Part shown: in pieces, positions 38,809-50,734 of the stretch
Position numbering within the stretch: the first letter of the stretch is position 1
How the letters are laid out: every line of letters starts with the position of its first letter
Assembly: GCA_964016885.1 (NCBI GenBank)
Contig: OZ024741.1
Coordinates: 294,252,001 to 294,316,000 of the forward strand
Length of the DNA stretch: 64,000 nucleotides
From: Eledone cirrhosa
Taxonomy: Eukaryota
Direction of reading: 5' to 3'
Notes under the pieces: model-generated
What the model saw: the letters and a program-made list of their open reading frames with translations, nothing else
Database searches by the model: none
What the model was told of the DNA's origin: nothing
Program-made: the position numbers and the translations under genes

Positions 38809-39261
38809 TATATATAATATGTGTGTGTGTGTGTGTGTGTGTGTTATATGAGGAGCTCACTAAACCTGAACCACCCCAAGCCTAGCACATCCCCTTCCCC
38901 TAGTAGCAGTTTACAATGCTACGACTATACCAGTCATTGGTATACCATCATGTACTACTTGGTTCACTATGATTTCAAGTAGCACATGCTCTCCTTCAGT
39001 AGATATATTTAACATCTCCCTGATGGCCCAACTGCCATTCCTACATATCCTTCACTGATCTCTCAAGTATGCTGCTGTCAACTTGAACAGCTGGTCCTTC
39101 CACTAGGTTTACTTGAGGTAAGCCTGTTTAACCTTTCACTCATTCTCCTTACTTGACATGCTCTCATAACAAACATTTCTATGCCTGCTTCTATTGATAA
39201 TGATAGTGTTGATAGCAGTGGAAGTGAGAGCAATTATAGTAATGAAAATGTTGGCTATTTT

Positions 39262-39690
39262 GATGGTGTGGTGGTGGTGGTGGTGATGGTGATAGGAGTG
39301 ATGGCAGTGGTGGTGGTGGTAGTGATGGTGGTGGTGGTGGTGGAAATTGTGGTGGTGGTGGTGGTGGTAGTGATGGTAGTGACGGTGGTGTTAGTGGTTG
39401 TGGTAGTGATGGCAGTGGTGGTAGTAATGATGGTAGTGGTGGTGGTGCTGGTGACTGTGGTGGTGGTGGTGGTGGTAGTGGTGCTGGTGGCTGTGGGGGT
39501 GGTGATGGTAGTGATGGTTGTGATGGTGGTGTTAGTGGTAGTGGTAGTAATGATGGTAGTGGTGATGGTGCTGGTGGCAGTGGTGGTGGCGGTGCTGGTG
39601 GCTGTGGTGGTGGTGATGGTAGTGGTGGCTGTGGTGGTGGTGCTGTGGTGTTGGTGGTGGTGCTGTGGTGTTGGTGGTGGTGGTGGTGGC
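39262..39690. repeat. Degenerate (GTG)n trinucleotide tract
   Basis: GTG/GTA/ATG triplet runs. Confidence 0.9.
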
Positions 39691-39937
39691 TGCAGCAATG
39701 ATGACGATGAAGGATATGATGTGGATGTCAATTATTATATATATATAGTAAACATTACCTGAAGTACAATCCATCTCATTCATTCCACAGTAAACTGTGT
39801 AAAAATAAAATTAAAAAAAATAAAACATAACATATAACAAAGAAACAAGAAAATAAATATATAAAATGGTGCCCTAAGGAAATTTTACCAATTCTCAAAT
39901 GACAAATGAAATAAAAGGAAAAAGGAAATATTCGTTG

Positions 39938-39996
<59 letters not shown>

Positions 39997-40514
39997 CCAC
40001 CATGGAAAAACAAGCATAAAATGATTATACCACCATCATCATCCGTTATGATGATGATGATGATGATATATGTGTTATATATATATATATGTGTGTGTGA
40101 GTGTGTGTGTGTGTGTGTATATTCGTTACATTGAAGCTAAATCTGTGTATTCAGGTTCCATCTATTTTATTGAAGATTTTTTCCCAATTTCCTTAACAGT
40201 CCTTGATGTTTAATTTGTGGCAATTGCATTCCTAAGTCTATAAATGATATTTCAAGCCCTTCTCAGTCTCATCAACAGATTGAATCATAGTAGTGTTGTG
40301 CTGTTACAGTGGTTTGTCATAGGCAACAAAATATCATTGGCCATAAGGTTGTAATTCAAATAGCTTGATCATAAGTTTTAAACTATGGAAACTTTATTAA
40401 TGGCTAAATACAGGGTCTGCCAATAGTATGTTCCGCTAGAACAAAAGGATGATCTTGTCATCTAACATTTGGTGTTTTATGAGACTGTTTGCTTGCAAAC
40501 AAACTGAATATTAA

Positions 40515-40800
40515 TAATTGTTTCTACTTTAGGCACAAGGCCAGCAATTACCCAGTGCATTACTGGTACTTTATTTTATCGACCCCATTAATAATGTGAT
40601 ATTATAATAATTGTTTCTACTTTTGGCACAAGGCCAGCAATTACCCAGTACATTACTGGTACTTTATTTTATCAACCCCGTTGAGGATGAAAGGCAAAGT
40701 TAACCTCGACGGGATTTGAACTCAGACCGTAAAGGGACGTAACTATGCTGGAAAGCATGGTGTCCGACCCTCTACTGATACTGCCAATTCACCGCCCCTG
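40515..40800 (-). mobile_element. Meta-like SINE plus a duplicated 3' part
   Basis: Full copy ~40610-40798 and a 3' fragment at 40515-40588. Confidence 0.85.
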
Positions 40801-40902
40801 TTATAATGTTATATTATAATAATGTTTTTATTATTCACTCACTCATGAATACATTTAGATATTCACCACGTTAAGAGTGAAAACAATTATATATATATAT
40901 AT

Positions 40903-41055
40903 AAAGAAGGAAGTGTGGTAAGGAACCAGGTGGACCATAATGCACCAGTGTACTCGATACTTTGAGTAGTATAATGGATAATAGGAAAAGAGTCAAGACC
41001 CCGACAGCAGAGCTCAAGCCGTTTTGATGGCTATTTCTGGATTAAATTAAATTTT
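40903..41055 (-). mobile_element. Family-F PLE-type terminal fragment
   Basis: Reverse-complement homolog of 22675-22820. Confidence 0.65.
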
Positions 41056-41929
41056 TAGCGTGGTGCTGATATAGCCGAACTCTTGGGCATGCGATAATCA
41101 GGCATTTCAAAGGTTGTTGTTATCAAAAGGAGGGGTTGAAATTCTTTCTAAACACAGTTGAATCTTTCATGGCAGTGGGTGGGGGCTGATAATAAGAGGA
41201 CAGCAGTAGACCAAAATGATTTTTGGAATTCTGAACCTTGCTAGTTTTCTTATCTACCACAAGCTTAGAACAATTGCAGATTCTGATGAAGAAAGTGACA
41301 AAAAGCAAAGAATATTGTTTTTAGATTAATACTGAACTAAATTGAATCAATGATAATCTCAGTAAGATGTGATCAAGATAATCCTATAATAACCGATAAT
41401 CAAACTGTCAATCTAGTGTAATAATTACCTTTACTATCTTGGAAGTATTATTACAAATCAATGCTGGCACTATTTTAAAACAAATCCAGTTCACTTTGTA
41501 AAGTGGTGGTGCTGGTGCCATGATAAAATACACCCAGTTCACCCTGTAAGCCTTACAGGGTGAACTGGGTATGACACCATCCTTATCCCTTACAGTGTAA
41601 GGGATAGGGATGGTGTCACAGTAAAAATGCACCATGTATATGCTGTAAAGTGGCTAGCCTTAGGAATGGCATCCAACCACAAAAACAATGCCAGCCACCT
41701 ATTCCTCGACCCAACCATCCATCCATCCATTCCTCCATCTTTATTTCCCTACAACCATCAATCCCTCTACTGCTCCATCTATGAATCCCCTCATTCATCT
41801 AACCATCTATTCCTACACTGTTTCATCTCTCAATACATCTGCCAACCCATCCTACCATTCTACCATCCCACTGAATTTCATCCCTCCATTGAATTAGTCA
41901 AAATTTGCCAAACAACAACTCACCTATGA

Positions 41930-42170
41930 CCCCACATCTAAACCAGCCTGCTTTGACCTTCTAAGAAAGCAATGGCTACCCTTTAATTGGATCCGCACAA
42001 CACATGCCAGGACAGCCCATCATCTCCATCGATGGAAAATAAAAGACATCCCAACATGTAACTTTGGGAACTCTGACCAGTCAGTACTGCATCCTGGTGG
42101 CCTGGAGGTAATCCATAATACTAAAATGACACCTTTGTCTAGCTCACCAATCTTAATCTGCCTCTCTAAC
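41930..42170 (+). mobile_element. Ingi/Vingi-like LINE C-terminal remnant
   Basis: Translates FNWIRTTHARTAHHLHRWKIKDIPTCNFGNSDQSVLH, resembling the LNRxRTG..W....C.CG...QT..H motif. Confidence 0.5.
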
Positions 42171-42796
42171 CATTATACATATGCCATACAACATGAACAA
42201 AATCCTTCCATTCTTCTCCCAATCTAGCATTCCTACACACCCCTGTCCTCACCTGTTTCCCAGTGTCCAAATTCTCAACAAATTACAGTCCCTGTAATAA
42301 TGTTTAATTTTGTCATCAACTGCTCCTCTCATGAATGAAAATCTCTTATCAATCAACTGCATTAACACATGCATGTGCACACAGATAAACATGTGTAATG
42401 TGTGTGTGTGTGTTTCATTGCTTCATAACCCATTTTCTACGCCTGGCAGCAGTTAAATGAGGTGAAACTAATGAAAACATCATTAAATGTACCTTCCTTC
42501 ATTAATAACAACTGCAACTTAGCAAATGAAGTATTGTTTTTTTCACACATCACTTATGTATGTTTGTATGTCTCTCAGTATCAGACTCTATGTAGCACAT
42601 GTTATATATAAAAAATATATATTAGCTGTTGAAACAGCAAGAGCTCAGCCATCAGGCCCTGACTCTTTCTACTATACTCAATTATATCAACCCCTGTGCA
42701 TTACTAGTACTTTGCTTTATCCACCCTGTAAGGATGAAAGGCAAAGCTAACCTCAGCGGGATTTAAACTCATATATATATAGATAGATATAGATAT

Positions 42797-43382
42797 GGTG
42801 GCTGCCAACTCGTTTTCGAGTACGGCCACTACTTTATATCCATATAGGAGAACCCCTACCGATGCGCTGAACGAGTGTGACTTTTTAGTCCAGCCAGCGA
42901 CTTGAAAACTCTGGTACAAACACTACACTTGTGACAATTATTGACACATAGTGCTGGGCCCATGGTACCATGTGACGACAAGTGCAGAGAGATCTCCAGA
43001 TATAAAGCAATGCCTGTGCCGTGAAGCTTTTATAGTGAGCAAAGGCACTGCACAAAGCCAGTCCCACTCTCTTAACCAAGATGATATTTACCAAAAAGAA
43101 GAACAAGTCAACATCATTGGATACCATCAGAGTTGCAGGTGTTATATCAGAGTTTTCCTTCTCCTAGAATTCTGCCTTGACAAAGGCTAAAGGGTCATCT
43201 CTCCCTGTGATTTTGGATGGCCATTGACTCTTAAGAGCTCCTTTGCCCTTTGACAGGTTTTGTTTTTAGTCCTACAGGATGTCCAAAGTCACTGGGGTTG
43301 CCAGTTTAGTCGCCAACGACCTGACCATGAGACAGGTTGTACTGGGATACATGTTACCAGTAGCACCAACTGGTGACCTGAC
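42797..43382 (-). mobile_element. Longest copy (~585 bp) of the non-autonomous bipartite RTE-derived retroposon
   Basis: rc carries an RTE 5'UTR-like motif CTAGGAGAAGGAAAACTCTGA and then the C2H2-coding 3' end shared with 6752 and 16956. Confidence 0.8.
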
Positions 43383-43395
43383 ATAGATATAGATA

Positions 43396-43431
<36 letters not shown>

Positions 43432-43439
43432 TATATATA

Positions 43440-43765
43440 CATTGTTATACTTTGGGAGGGTCATGCTGCCAAAAAAAAAAAAAATGCACCACACACAAAA
43501 ACAAGATGGCATAGGACAGAAAAAAGGATAGAAACAAAATAACAAATCAGTCACTGAGTAAGTCACAGAATGTGTGACGAAAGAGTTTTGACAATATATA
43601 AACAGCCATCCAGTTATTGAACAAACCAACTGGAAACTTGTAATAAATTGAAGTGAAAACCAACAGGTCCATGTGTTTTTAATGACCATTACAAATATAA
43701 CAATATCTGTTTCAAACGCGTTTTCAGATAAGAAATCTTGCAAAACAAATTAAAAAACGAAGTAT
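43440..43765 (+). mobile_element. Miniature non-coding PLE derivative related to the 45720-47367 element, with mutated HHR
   Basis: Begins ATTGTTATACTTTGGGAGGGTCATG like 45721. 43490-43762 aligns with 47030-47367. HHR relic GTCA-CTGAGTA-a-GTCACA..TGTGAC-GAAA. Confidence 0.75.
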
Positions 43766-44131
43766 ATATATATATATATATATTTGTAGGATAATATGAA
43801 AAACTCAATGCAAGGAAGCTGTAAAAACAACGAAATGGTATCAATGACAGCCTTGGGTAAAATTAACCTCACAGACTAAAATTCAGTGGCTAGAAGTATG
43901 CCGGCTCACAGAAGTGAGAGGAAGATATGAAAAAAGGAATAAAATCGATGAGAGGAGATTACACAAAAATTTAGATGCACTCATCAGCTTTTAGACTGAA
44001 TGTAGTTTCGATGATTTAACTAAAAGTCCATGGAGAAATAGATATCTCTGTTGGTATAATGTTTGTGTTAGAACAAATAGATTAGATAGACAGACAGGTC
44101 AGAGTAAAGCAAAAATAATGGATCTGATATA

Positions 44132-44285
44132 TCATCATCATCATCACCGTTTTACGTCCGTTCTTCCACGCTAGCATGGGTTAGACGGGTTGTCCTGTTG
44201 TGGGCAGTGTCTGGTCGGCTGACCTTGCTCATACGGGAACTGATTCTGGCTTGATTTCTACAGCTGGATGCCCTTTCTAACACAT
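44132..44285 (-). mobile_element. Short RTE 3'-terminal fragment
   Basis: Reverse complement of 23235-23388. Another such fragment lies on plus at ~38295-38460. Confidence 0.85.
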
Positions 44286-44286
44286 G

Positions 44287-44319
<33 letters not shown>

Positions 44320-44768
44320 AACATGGCGGACCTTGTTGTCTCTTGAGGTCACAGGTTGTGACTTGGTGATAATTCGTATGAACATAAAGCAAGATAAATG
44401 CAACTATAATAATAATAATAAAATCTGTACGATGTCTAGTGACTCAAATATTCCCACCTATTGAAAAGTTTCACAAGCTTATGCCAAAACTCAATTAACT
44501 TTATATAGCATATCACCTCTGCTGTTAATTTTAAGGTTTTTAGATTCATCTAAAAATCTACCATGATAATTTTATGTAAGCACCTTTCTTAGGTTATGTT
44601 CCAAACATCATCGTAATGAGAAATTTTGTTATACATGTATGTGTATATGTATATGTATCTATATATACAGGTATTTACATATGTGTGTGTATGTATATCG
44701 GTTTTCATCATCATCATTGTTTCTATACCAATTATTCTATGCTTGCATGGGTTATATATATATATATA

Positions 44769-45686
44769 CTAGCTGGCCAGTCTGGGTGGCGTCTGGCTAG
44801 GTATACCGCCATTTTACCTTTTCAGGATTCCCCCCTCCACTCCAGTGCAAAGATACCACATGCCCTCTCAAGTCAGTGAGGGGTGGGGGTGGGGGGGGGG
44901 GTGGGGGGTTAATGTGCTCTGATGTTGGGTTTGAATAGTTTTTAGGATTCCCCAGTTCAACAGCCAGTACGTTAAAGAAAATTGATAGTTACAACAATAA
45001 AGGCTGAACAGAGAACACATTTTTTATCAAACTTTACAATAATTTGTACAACCATAATGGAAATTCCAAGTAACAGAAAATACATAAATTACATTGTTAG
45101 AGCCTCAGAGTATACAATATTTTTTGTTCGGCTTTCGGGAGCAAAGATGAAGAGATTGTTTGGCGAGCTCATCCTAGAGCATCCTACATACAATTTACCA
45201 TGGGAGAAACATGGTTTTCCCAGATGAAGGCCAGCCACTTTTAGGGCTTGACCTTGAGCTTTGTTGATGGCAATCGTGAAGCTTAGTCTCTCTGTTGCTC
45301 TAGTAGCATTTTTTTCTTCTGGAAAATCTGATCTTGCGGCCAGGCTGGACCTTTTTGGATGGCATATCGGCAGTAACAATGACGATAAGCTATCTGTGCT
45401 TTCATGAAATAAATAAGTTTGTTTATATTTTGTTTTTGTGTATGCAAAAATATCTGTACATGAATATATAATTATATATATACATATATATGTGAGAAAA
45501 ACCACAGACCCTCCATCTCAACTGTACTTTTGAAAAGCAGAAGAACTGCGAAACAGGAACCAAATAAATATATATATTTTTTTTTAAATAAGACTCCAGT
45601 TGCATTTTTGATTTCATCTTTTTTCTTTATACTTTCACTCGTGTAGGACACCTCGGTTATTTTTCATTTTGTAAAAAAAACCTCAG

Positions 45687-45700
<14 letters not shown>
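44769..45700 (-). mobile_element. Non-autonomous Helitron with PIF1 helicase C-terminal remnant
   Basis: RLSFTIAINKAQGQALKVAGLHLGKPCFSHGKLYVGCSR...TKNIVYSEAL (45089-45290). The 3' end is a GC-rich segment then CTAG|T at 44769-44772. 5' limit uncertain. Confidence 0.8.
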
Positions 45701-45726
<26 letters not shown>

Positions 45727-45876
45727 ATACTTTGGGAGGGTCATGTTGCCAATAAGAAACACACGCACCAGTTGCTTTCACTTCAATTTATTATATATTT
45801 ATAAATTTACAAGTTTATAAATTTATAAATTTCTGGTTGGTTGGTTGGTTCCACAACCAGATAGTTGTTTATATAT

Positions 45877-45921
45877 AGTCATAGTCCTTTCGTCACACAC
45901 TCTGTGACCTCTTCAGTGACT
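45877..45921 (-). ncRNA. Minimal type I hammerhead ribozyme (family E), sense to the PLE ORF
   Basis: rc AGTCA-CTGAAGA-g-GTCACA-gagtg-TGTGAC-GAAA-GgaC-TA-TGACT. Confidence 0.75.
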
Positions 45922-46132
45922 GGGATTCCTTTCTTTGTTTCTGTGCCTCTCCTTTGTTCTGTCCTACGCCATTTTGTTTCTGTCTGTGTGTTGTGTGCTC
46001 AGTCTGCGCATGCGCCACATCCGGGTGTCTGTGTGTGTTTATGTTCATTTATCTATTTGTTTATTTATTTACTTATTTACATGTCACTGGTTGGTTGTTT
46101 GTTCTATGTGTGTGTGTGTTTTCATTTTGTCC

Positions 46133-46950
46133 TTAATTGTAAGTTGTGATGTTGCTGTTCCACTCATATTTTCTATTTAATTTTGGTTGTAATTCTTTTA
46201 TGTTTATTGCCTCTGTAATTTGTCTAAACATTGCATCTTTTCTGTGTGTAGATTCTATTTTTATTTCTATGTTCTCTAATTTACCCTTGTGTTCTATCTT
46301 AGCATGTTGGTAGAGTACAGATGATTCTTTATTATCTTGAAGGTCTCGCCAGTGTTCATTTATCCGTTCCCCTATACTACGAGCTGTCTCACCTATGTAC
46401 ACTATATTTTTGTCTCTACATCATTGTCCTTCAGTACATCTTATGCTATACACTACATTTCTAGTTTAACAGTTAATATGGGGGCTTATTTTACAGGTTA
46501 TACATTTCTTATCTATACATGAGGGTCTTAGAAAAGGGTATGTCTTGCTAATAAGTGTTTTTACGGAGGTACCTGGTCTTTCTACTATCTTAATATTGAG
46601 TTTATGTTTATTTAGGGCCCTTCTAAATTTGTAGGCTAGTTCGCCTCTAGGGGTTGTATCGATGAACATTACACTCTGGTATTTATTGCTATCATACTAT
46701 GAGTTTATTCTATTAGCCTTGTTCCTAGTTCATTCTATTCTATTCCAAAATTTGCTCCTATACAAGGGGCAGGTCCCATTTATGTCATTATTTACCATTT
46801 TTTCCCCATTTGGTTCTGGCTCCTCTATACACTCTGATTCTATCTCTCTGATTGTAGCCAGAGAACTGCATACAGTGGATGAAGTGTTGTATGTGTCTCT
46901 CTAGTTCTTCGGGGTTGCACATGCGGGACACATTTCTCATCACCCGTACT
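46133..46950 (-). pseudogene. PLE ORF remnant: RT thumb/linker and GIY-YIG endonuclease, 4 in-frame stops and 1 frameshift
   Basis: ORFs 46788-47084 (part), 46466-46669 and 46133-46402. The last two are in frame across TAA and TGA. Confidence 0.88.
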
Positions 46951-47106
46951 ATAAGTAAATAAATAAACAAATAGATAAATGAACATAAACACACACAGAC
47001 ACCCGGATGTGGCGCATGCGCAGACTGAGCACACAACACACAGACAGAAACAAAATGGCGTAGGACAGAACAAAGGAGAGGCACAGAAACAAAGAAAGGA
47101 ATCCCC

Positions 47107-47150
47107 AGTCACTGAAGAGGTCACAGGTGTGTGACGAAAGGACTATGATT
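47107..47150 (+). ncRNA. Minimal type I hammerhead ribozyme (family E) in the inverted pLTR
   Basis: AGTCA-CTGAAGA-g-GTCACA-ggtg-TGTGAC-GAAA-GgaC-TA-TGATT. Confidence 0.72.
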
Positions 47151-47366
47151 ATATATAAACAACTATCTGGTTGTGGAACCAACCAACCAACCAGAAATTT
47201 ATAAATTTATAAACTTGTAAATTTATAAATATATAATAAATTGAAGTGAAAGCAACTGGTGCGTGTGTTTCTTATTGGCAACATGACCCTCCCTAAGTAT
47301 AACAATATCGGTTTCAACACACGATTTCAGATAAAGAATCTTGCCAAACAAATTCAGAAACGAAAA

Positions 47367-47508
<142 letters not shown>

Positions 47509-47513
47509 ATATA

Positions 47514-47735
47514 TGTGAAGGCGTGTGGCTGAGTGGTTAGAGAATGGATTCGCAATCGTAAGGTTGTGAGTTTGATTCCTGGACCAGGTGATGCGTTATG
47601 TCCTTGAGCAAGACACTTTATTTCACGTTGCTCCTTCTACCTGGAGTTGCGACCGTTAGATAGTATTAGCAATTGGCAAGACCAACGGAAACACTGTTCC
47701 TTCGGTCTGATTTGACGAAAGTCAATCGTTCCTAT
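47514..47735 (+). mobile_element. CORE-type tRNA SINE
   Basis: GGCGTGTGGCTGAGTGGTTAGAG...AGTTTGATTCC...TGTCCTTGAGCAAGACACTTTATTTCACG. Confidence 0.8.
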
Positions 47736-47759
47736 AAATATATATATATATATAATTAA

Positions 47760-48200
47760 TTATTGAGAGGTTGTGCGGTATCGTTGCACTGAATTCATTA
47801 AAAGTTGGTTAGAAGCGAAGTCAATGCAGACAGGCAGCCAGACAGACAGATATTATAAACGTGCAACGTTATAGCTATGTATCTAATGCAGACAGCCAGA
47901 CATACAGCGACATATTATAAGGGCGCAACTTTATAGCTATGTATCTATCTAAAAAGACAGACTCTAAAAGAGAGACGAATGCGTATAACCGGAAGTGTTG
48001 ACATTTGAAAATGTTAAAGAAGTAAATATTTAAATAAACGATAAAATATCTTTAATCTTTTAACGAAATTTAGAAGAAAAAGATACCCTTACTTTCTTAC
48101 TTCGAAAAAGTTGCATCTATGGTGCAAATTTGGTGGTGTTTGGTCCAGCCGTTTGGCGAAAAGTTTGTTACATACATACGGCCGTTAACTTTATAATATA
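47760..48200. mobile_element. Possible non-autonomous Helitron-like element with an internal ~61-bp tandem duplication (47824-47947)
   Basis: GTGCAAATTTGGTGGTGTTTGGTCCAGCCGTTTGG...ACATACATAC...TTTATAATATATA pattern typical of such elements. The duplication is directly visible. Confidence 0.4.
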
Positions 48201-48216
48201 TATATATATATATATA

Positions 48217-48770
48217 TTTAATGTATAATAAACAATACAGTATAATTACCTCATTACCAGAGGTTACCCGAATAAGATGAATACAAGAAACGTCCGCATT
48301 CGTTCATCAGATAAGGCAATTTAAAACAGTGAAATATTTGAAAAATCTCCTCAAGAAAGGCAAAACTTTAACGGGCAAAAAATATAAATAAAAGTAATAA
48401 TACAAGAGATGTATAAAAAATAAAAATAAAGAAATATAGTAAGGGGATGTGTAAAAATGTGTGTATATGCACTTACAAATGTACATATATATATTTCTTT
48501 ATTTTTATTTTTTTATACATCTCTTGTATTATTACTTTTATTTATTTTTTTTGCCCGTTAGGAGATTTTTCAAATATTTCACTATGTTTTAAATTGCCTT
48601 GTCTGATGAACGAATACGGAGGTTTCTTGTATTCATCTTATTCAGGAAACCTCTGGTAATGAGGTAATTATACTGTGTTGTTTATTATATATTAAATATT
48701 TAGCTCTATAAATTACATAGAGCACTCTTCATTCCTCTGACTTTTTCAATTTTCAACGGAAACTTCAATA

Positions 48771-48775
<5 letters not shown>
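48217..48775. mobile_element. Fold-back PLE-type terminal repeat pair (arms ~48217-48440 / ~48491-48696) carrying family-B HHRs
   Basis: Arms are reverse complements. HHR on minus at 48244-48321 (GAAA mutated to GTAA) and on plus at 48592-48669. Flanked by (TA)n. Confidence 0.8.
48592..48669 (+). ncRNA. Type I hammerhead ribozyme (family B)
   Basis: AATTGCCTTGT-CTGATGA-(36-nt stem II region)-GAAA-CC-tct-GG-TA-ATGAGGTAATT: 11-bp stem I with G-U pairs, GUA triplet. Confidence 0.75.
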
Positions 48776-48804
<29 letters not shown>

Positions 48805-49070
48805 GAATTTTATATATGTATATATTCCTTTTATATATATATATATATATATGTACATATATTGAATATTTGACAAATTATTTTGGGTGTGGTGCTTAAA
48901 TATCTGTTATACTTTTATTGATTAAATTGTATATCTACAGCATGTGTGTATGTGTGTTTAGACATCCCACTCAAGCATAAACCTATATATTTATTTTCAA
49001 CATTGTAAACATAATAGTTTATGTGTAGAAATTCAATTACACTCATTTTGCCTCACATTTATTATACACA

Positions 49071-49262
49071 GGGCGGTGAATTGGCAGTATCGGTAGAGGG
49101 TCAGACGCCATGCTTTCCAGCATAGTTACGTCCCTTTACGATCTGAGTTCAAATCCCGCCGAGGTCGACTTTGCCTTTCATTCTTACGGGGTCGATAAAA
49201 TAAAGTACCAGTAATGCACTGGGTAATTGCTGGCCTTGTGCCTAAAGTAGAAACATTTATTA
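49071..49262 (+). mobile_element. Meta-like SINE, near consensus
   Basis: GGGCGGTGAATTGGCAGTATCGG...GAGTTCAAATCCCGCCGAGGTCGACTTTGCCTTTCA...GTAGAAACATTTATTAT. Confidence 0.9.
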
Positions 49263-49339
49263 TACACATGACACATATGTATGTATTTTGTGTGTATGTA
49301 TTTGTGTGTGTATATATATATATATTCATATAGATAGCT

Positions 49340-50244
49340 AAGTGAACATAGCTAAGACAAAAGTGTTGATAAGTAGAAAGGAGGACAAACCTCTGATTCC
49401 ATCAAGGAAATGGCCATGTTCGATATGTAGAAAACGAACTGGCATAAATTCTATAAAATGTACACAATGCAGATCTTGGCTACACAAGAGATGTTGTGGG
49501 ATAGTAAGCAAACTAACAGGTAGGGGAAACTAGGTATACAGTAGATGTACAGGGAAATTTTACAGTAATAATCGCAGTGATAGACACATTTTTCAAATGC
49601 AGGTGGATTCTATAGATGTGGTTGATAGCTTCCGGTACCTAGATGATCAGATTAGCATGGGAGGGGCGGTCTTCTGAGACCATAGTATCTAGAATAAGGA
49701 TGGGCTGGAAGAAGTTTAGGGAGCTGGTTCCTCTGTTGACAAAGAAGGGTTTCTCCCTGCTAACAAAAGGCCAGTTATATGATGCCTGTGTGAGATGCGC
49801 AATGCTGCATGGTACTGAGACATGGGCAGCAACTGTAGAGGATATGCGATGGCTGGAGAGAAATGAAGCAAGAATGCTTCGTTGGATGTGCAATGTCAAT
49901 GTGTGTGAACGACCAAGCATAGATGAGTTGACAGAGAAACTGAGTATAAGAGGGATAAGTTGTGATGTGCGGGAGAGAAGACTGAGATGGTATGGACATG
50001 TGATGTGCATGGAGGATGACCGCTGGGTAAAGAAGTGCCAAATCCCAGTAGAAGAAAGACACAGTAGAGGAAGACCATGAAAAACATGGGCGGAGGTGGT
50101 GAGAGCAGACCTCAGATCGCTGAAGCTCACAGAGGAGATGACGAAGGACCGTGACAAGTGGAGAGATGCTGTGCTGAATAGGACCCATCCTACCCTTGCA
50201 AACAGGGAAAAGTGGACGTAAAATGATGATGATGATGATGATGA
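49340..50244 (+). mobile_element. RTE LINE fragment (distinct subfamily, short 3'UTR), PHD-like insert, (GAT)n tail
   Basis: ORFs 49342-49533 (KWPCSICRK..CTQC..WLHKRC) and 49643-50080 (MLHGTETW, RRLRWYGHV, RGRP). Confidence 0.92.
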
Positions 50245-50734
50245 TCTATATATATATATTTATTTATTCAAAACAACAGAAGGTTGACTGGAAATATCCC
50301 TTTAAAATTTTAATGTTGCAAAAACACTATACATATTTCAATGACCAAGTTCCATCCTCTGATCATGACATAAGCCCTTGGCAACATCATCATGTGTAGA
50401 TTGCATAATTAGTTAATCAATAAAAGGTTGTACAGCAAACACAAACAGAGAGTATACTTTATCTGGAGATAGCTCATGAAATTCAGTGTCATTATTATTT
50501 GGTGGTGACAGAAATTGTGCTGTTTATAGATAATGCCATACTGTTAATCAAAACCAAACAGTCTGCTGCTACAAGGTTAGGGATATCAAAATGTGTGTCA
50601 TTAGAACCTGCCGAAAACCATTATATGTCTATGTATGCATACATATATGTGTTATGTGTATATATCATCATCATCATCATCATCAGTATATATATATGTG
50701 TGTGTGTGTGTGTATATGTATAAATCATCCTCAA

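Noticed and set aside
39181-39783. Poly-Val / poly-Thr ORFs resembling a mucin
   Set aside because: Degenerate (GTG)n tract open on both strands, with no supporting splice or domain evidence
41123-41308. Minus-strand 61-aa ORF with a plausible acceptor (CTTTCTTCATCAG)
   Set aside because: No recognisable homology or partner exons, so it cannot be supported
46420-46470. In-frame TGA next to a Cys in the GIY-YIG region (possible selenocysteine, as reported for Naiad PLEs)
   Set aside because: It does not replace a Cys (C-T-E-G-Q-*-C). The same ORF has other TGA/TAG/TAA stops explained by CGA, TGG and AAA decay, and I saw no SECIS. A family consensus keeping TGA would reopen this.
47514-47590. 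tRNA-like A/B box sequences (also ~7410-7486, ~32505-32582)
   Set aside because: They are SINE heads followed by CORE-like bodies and do not form a complete cloverleaf
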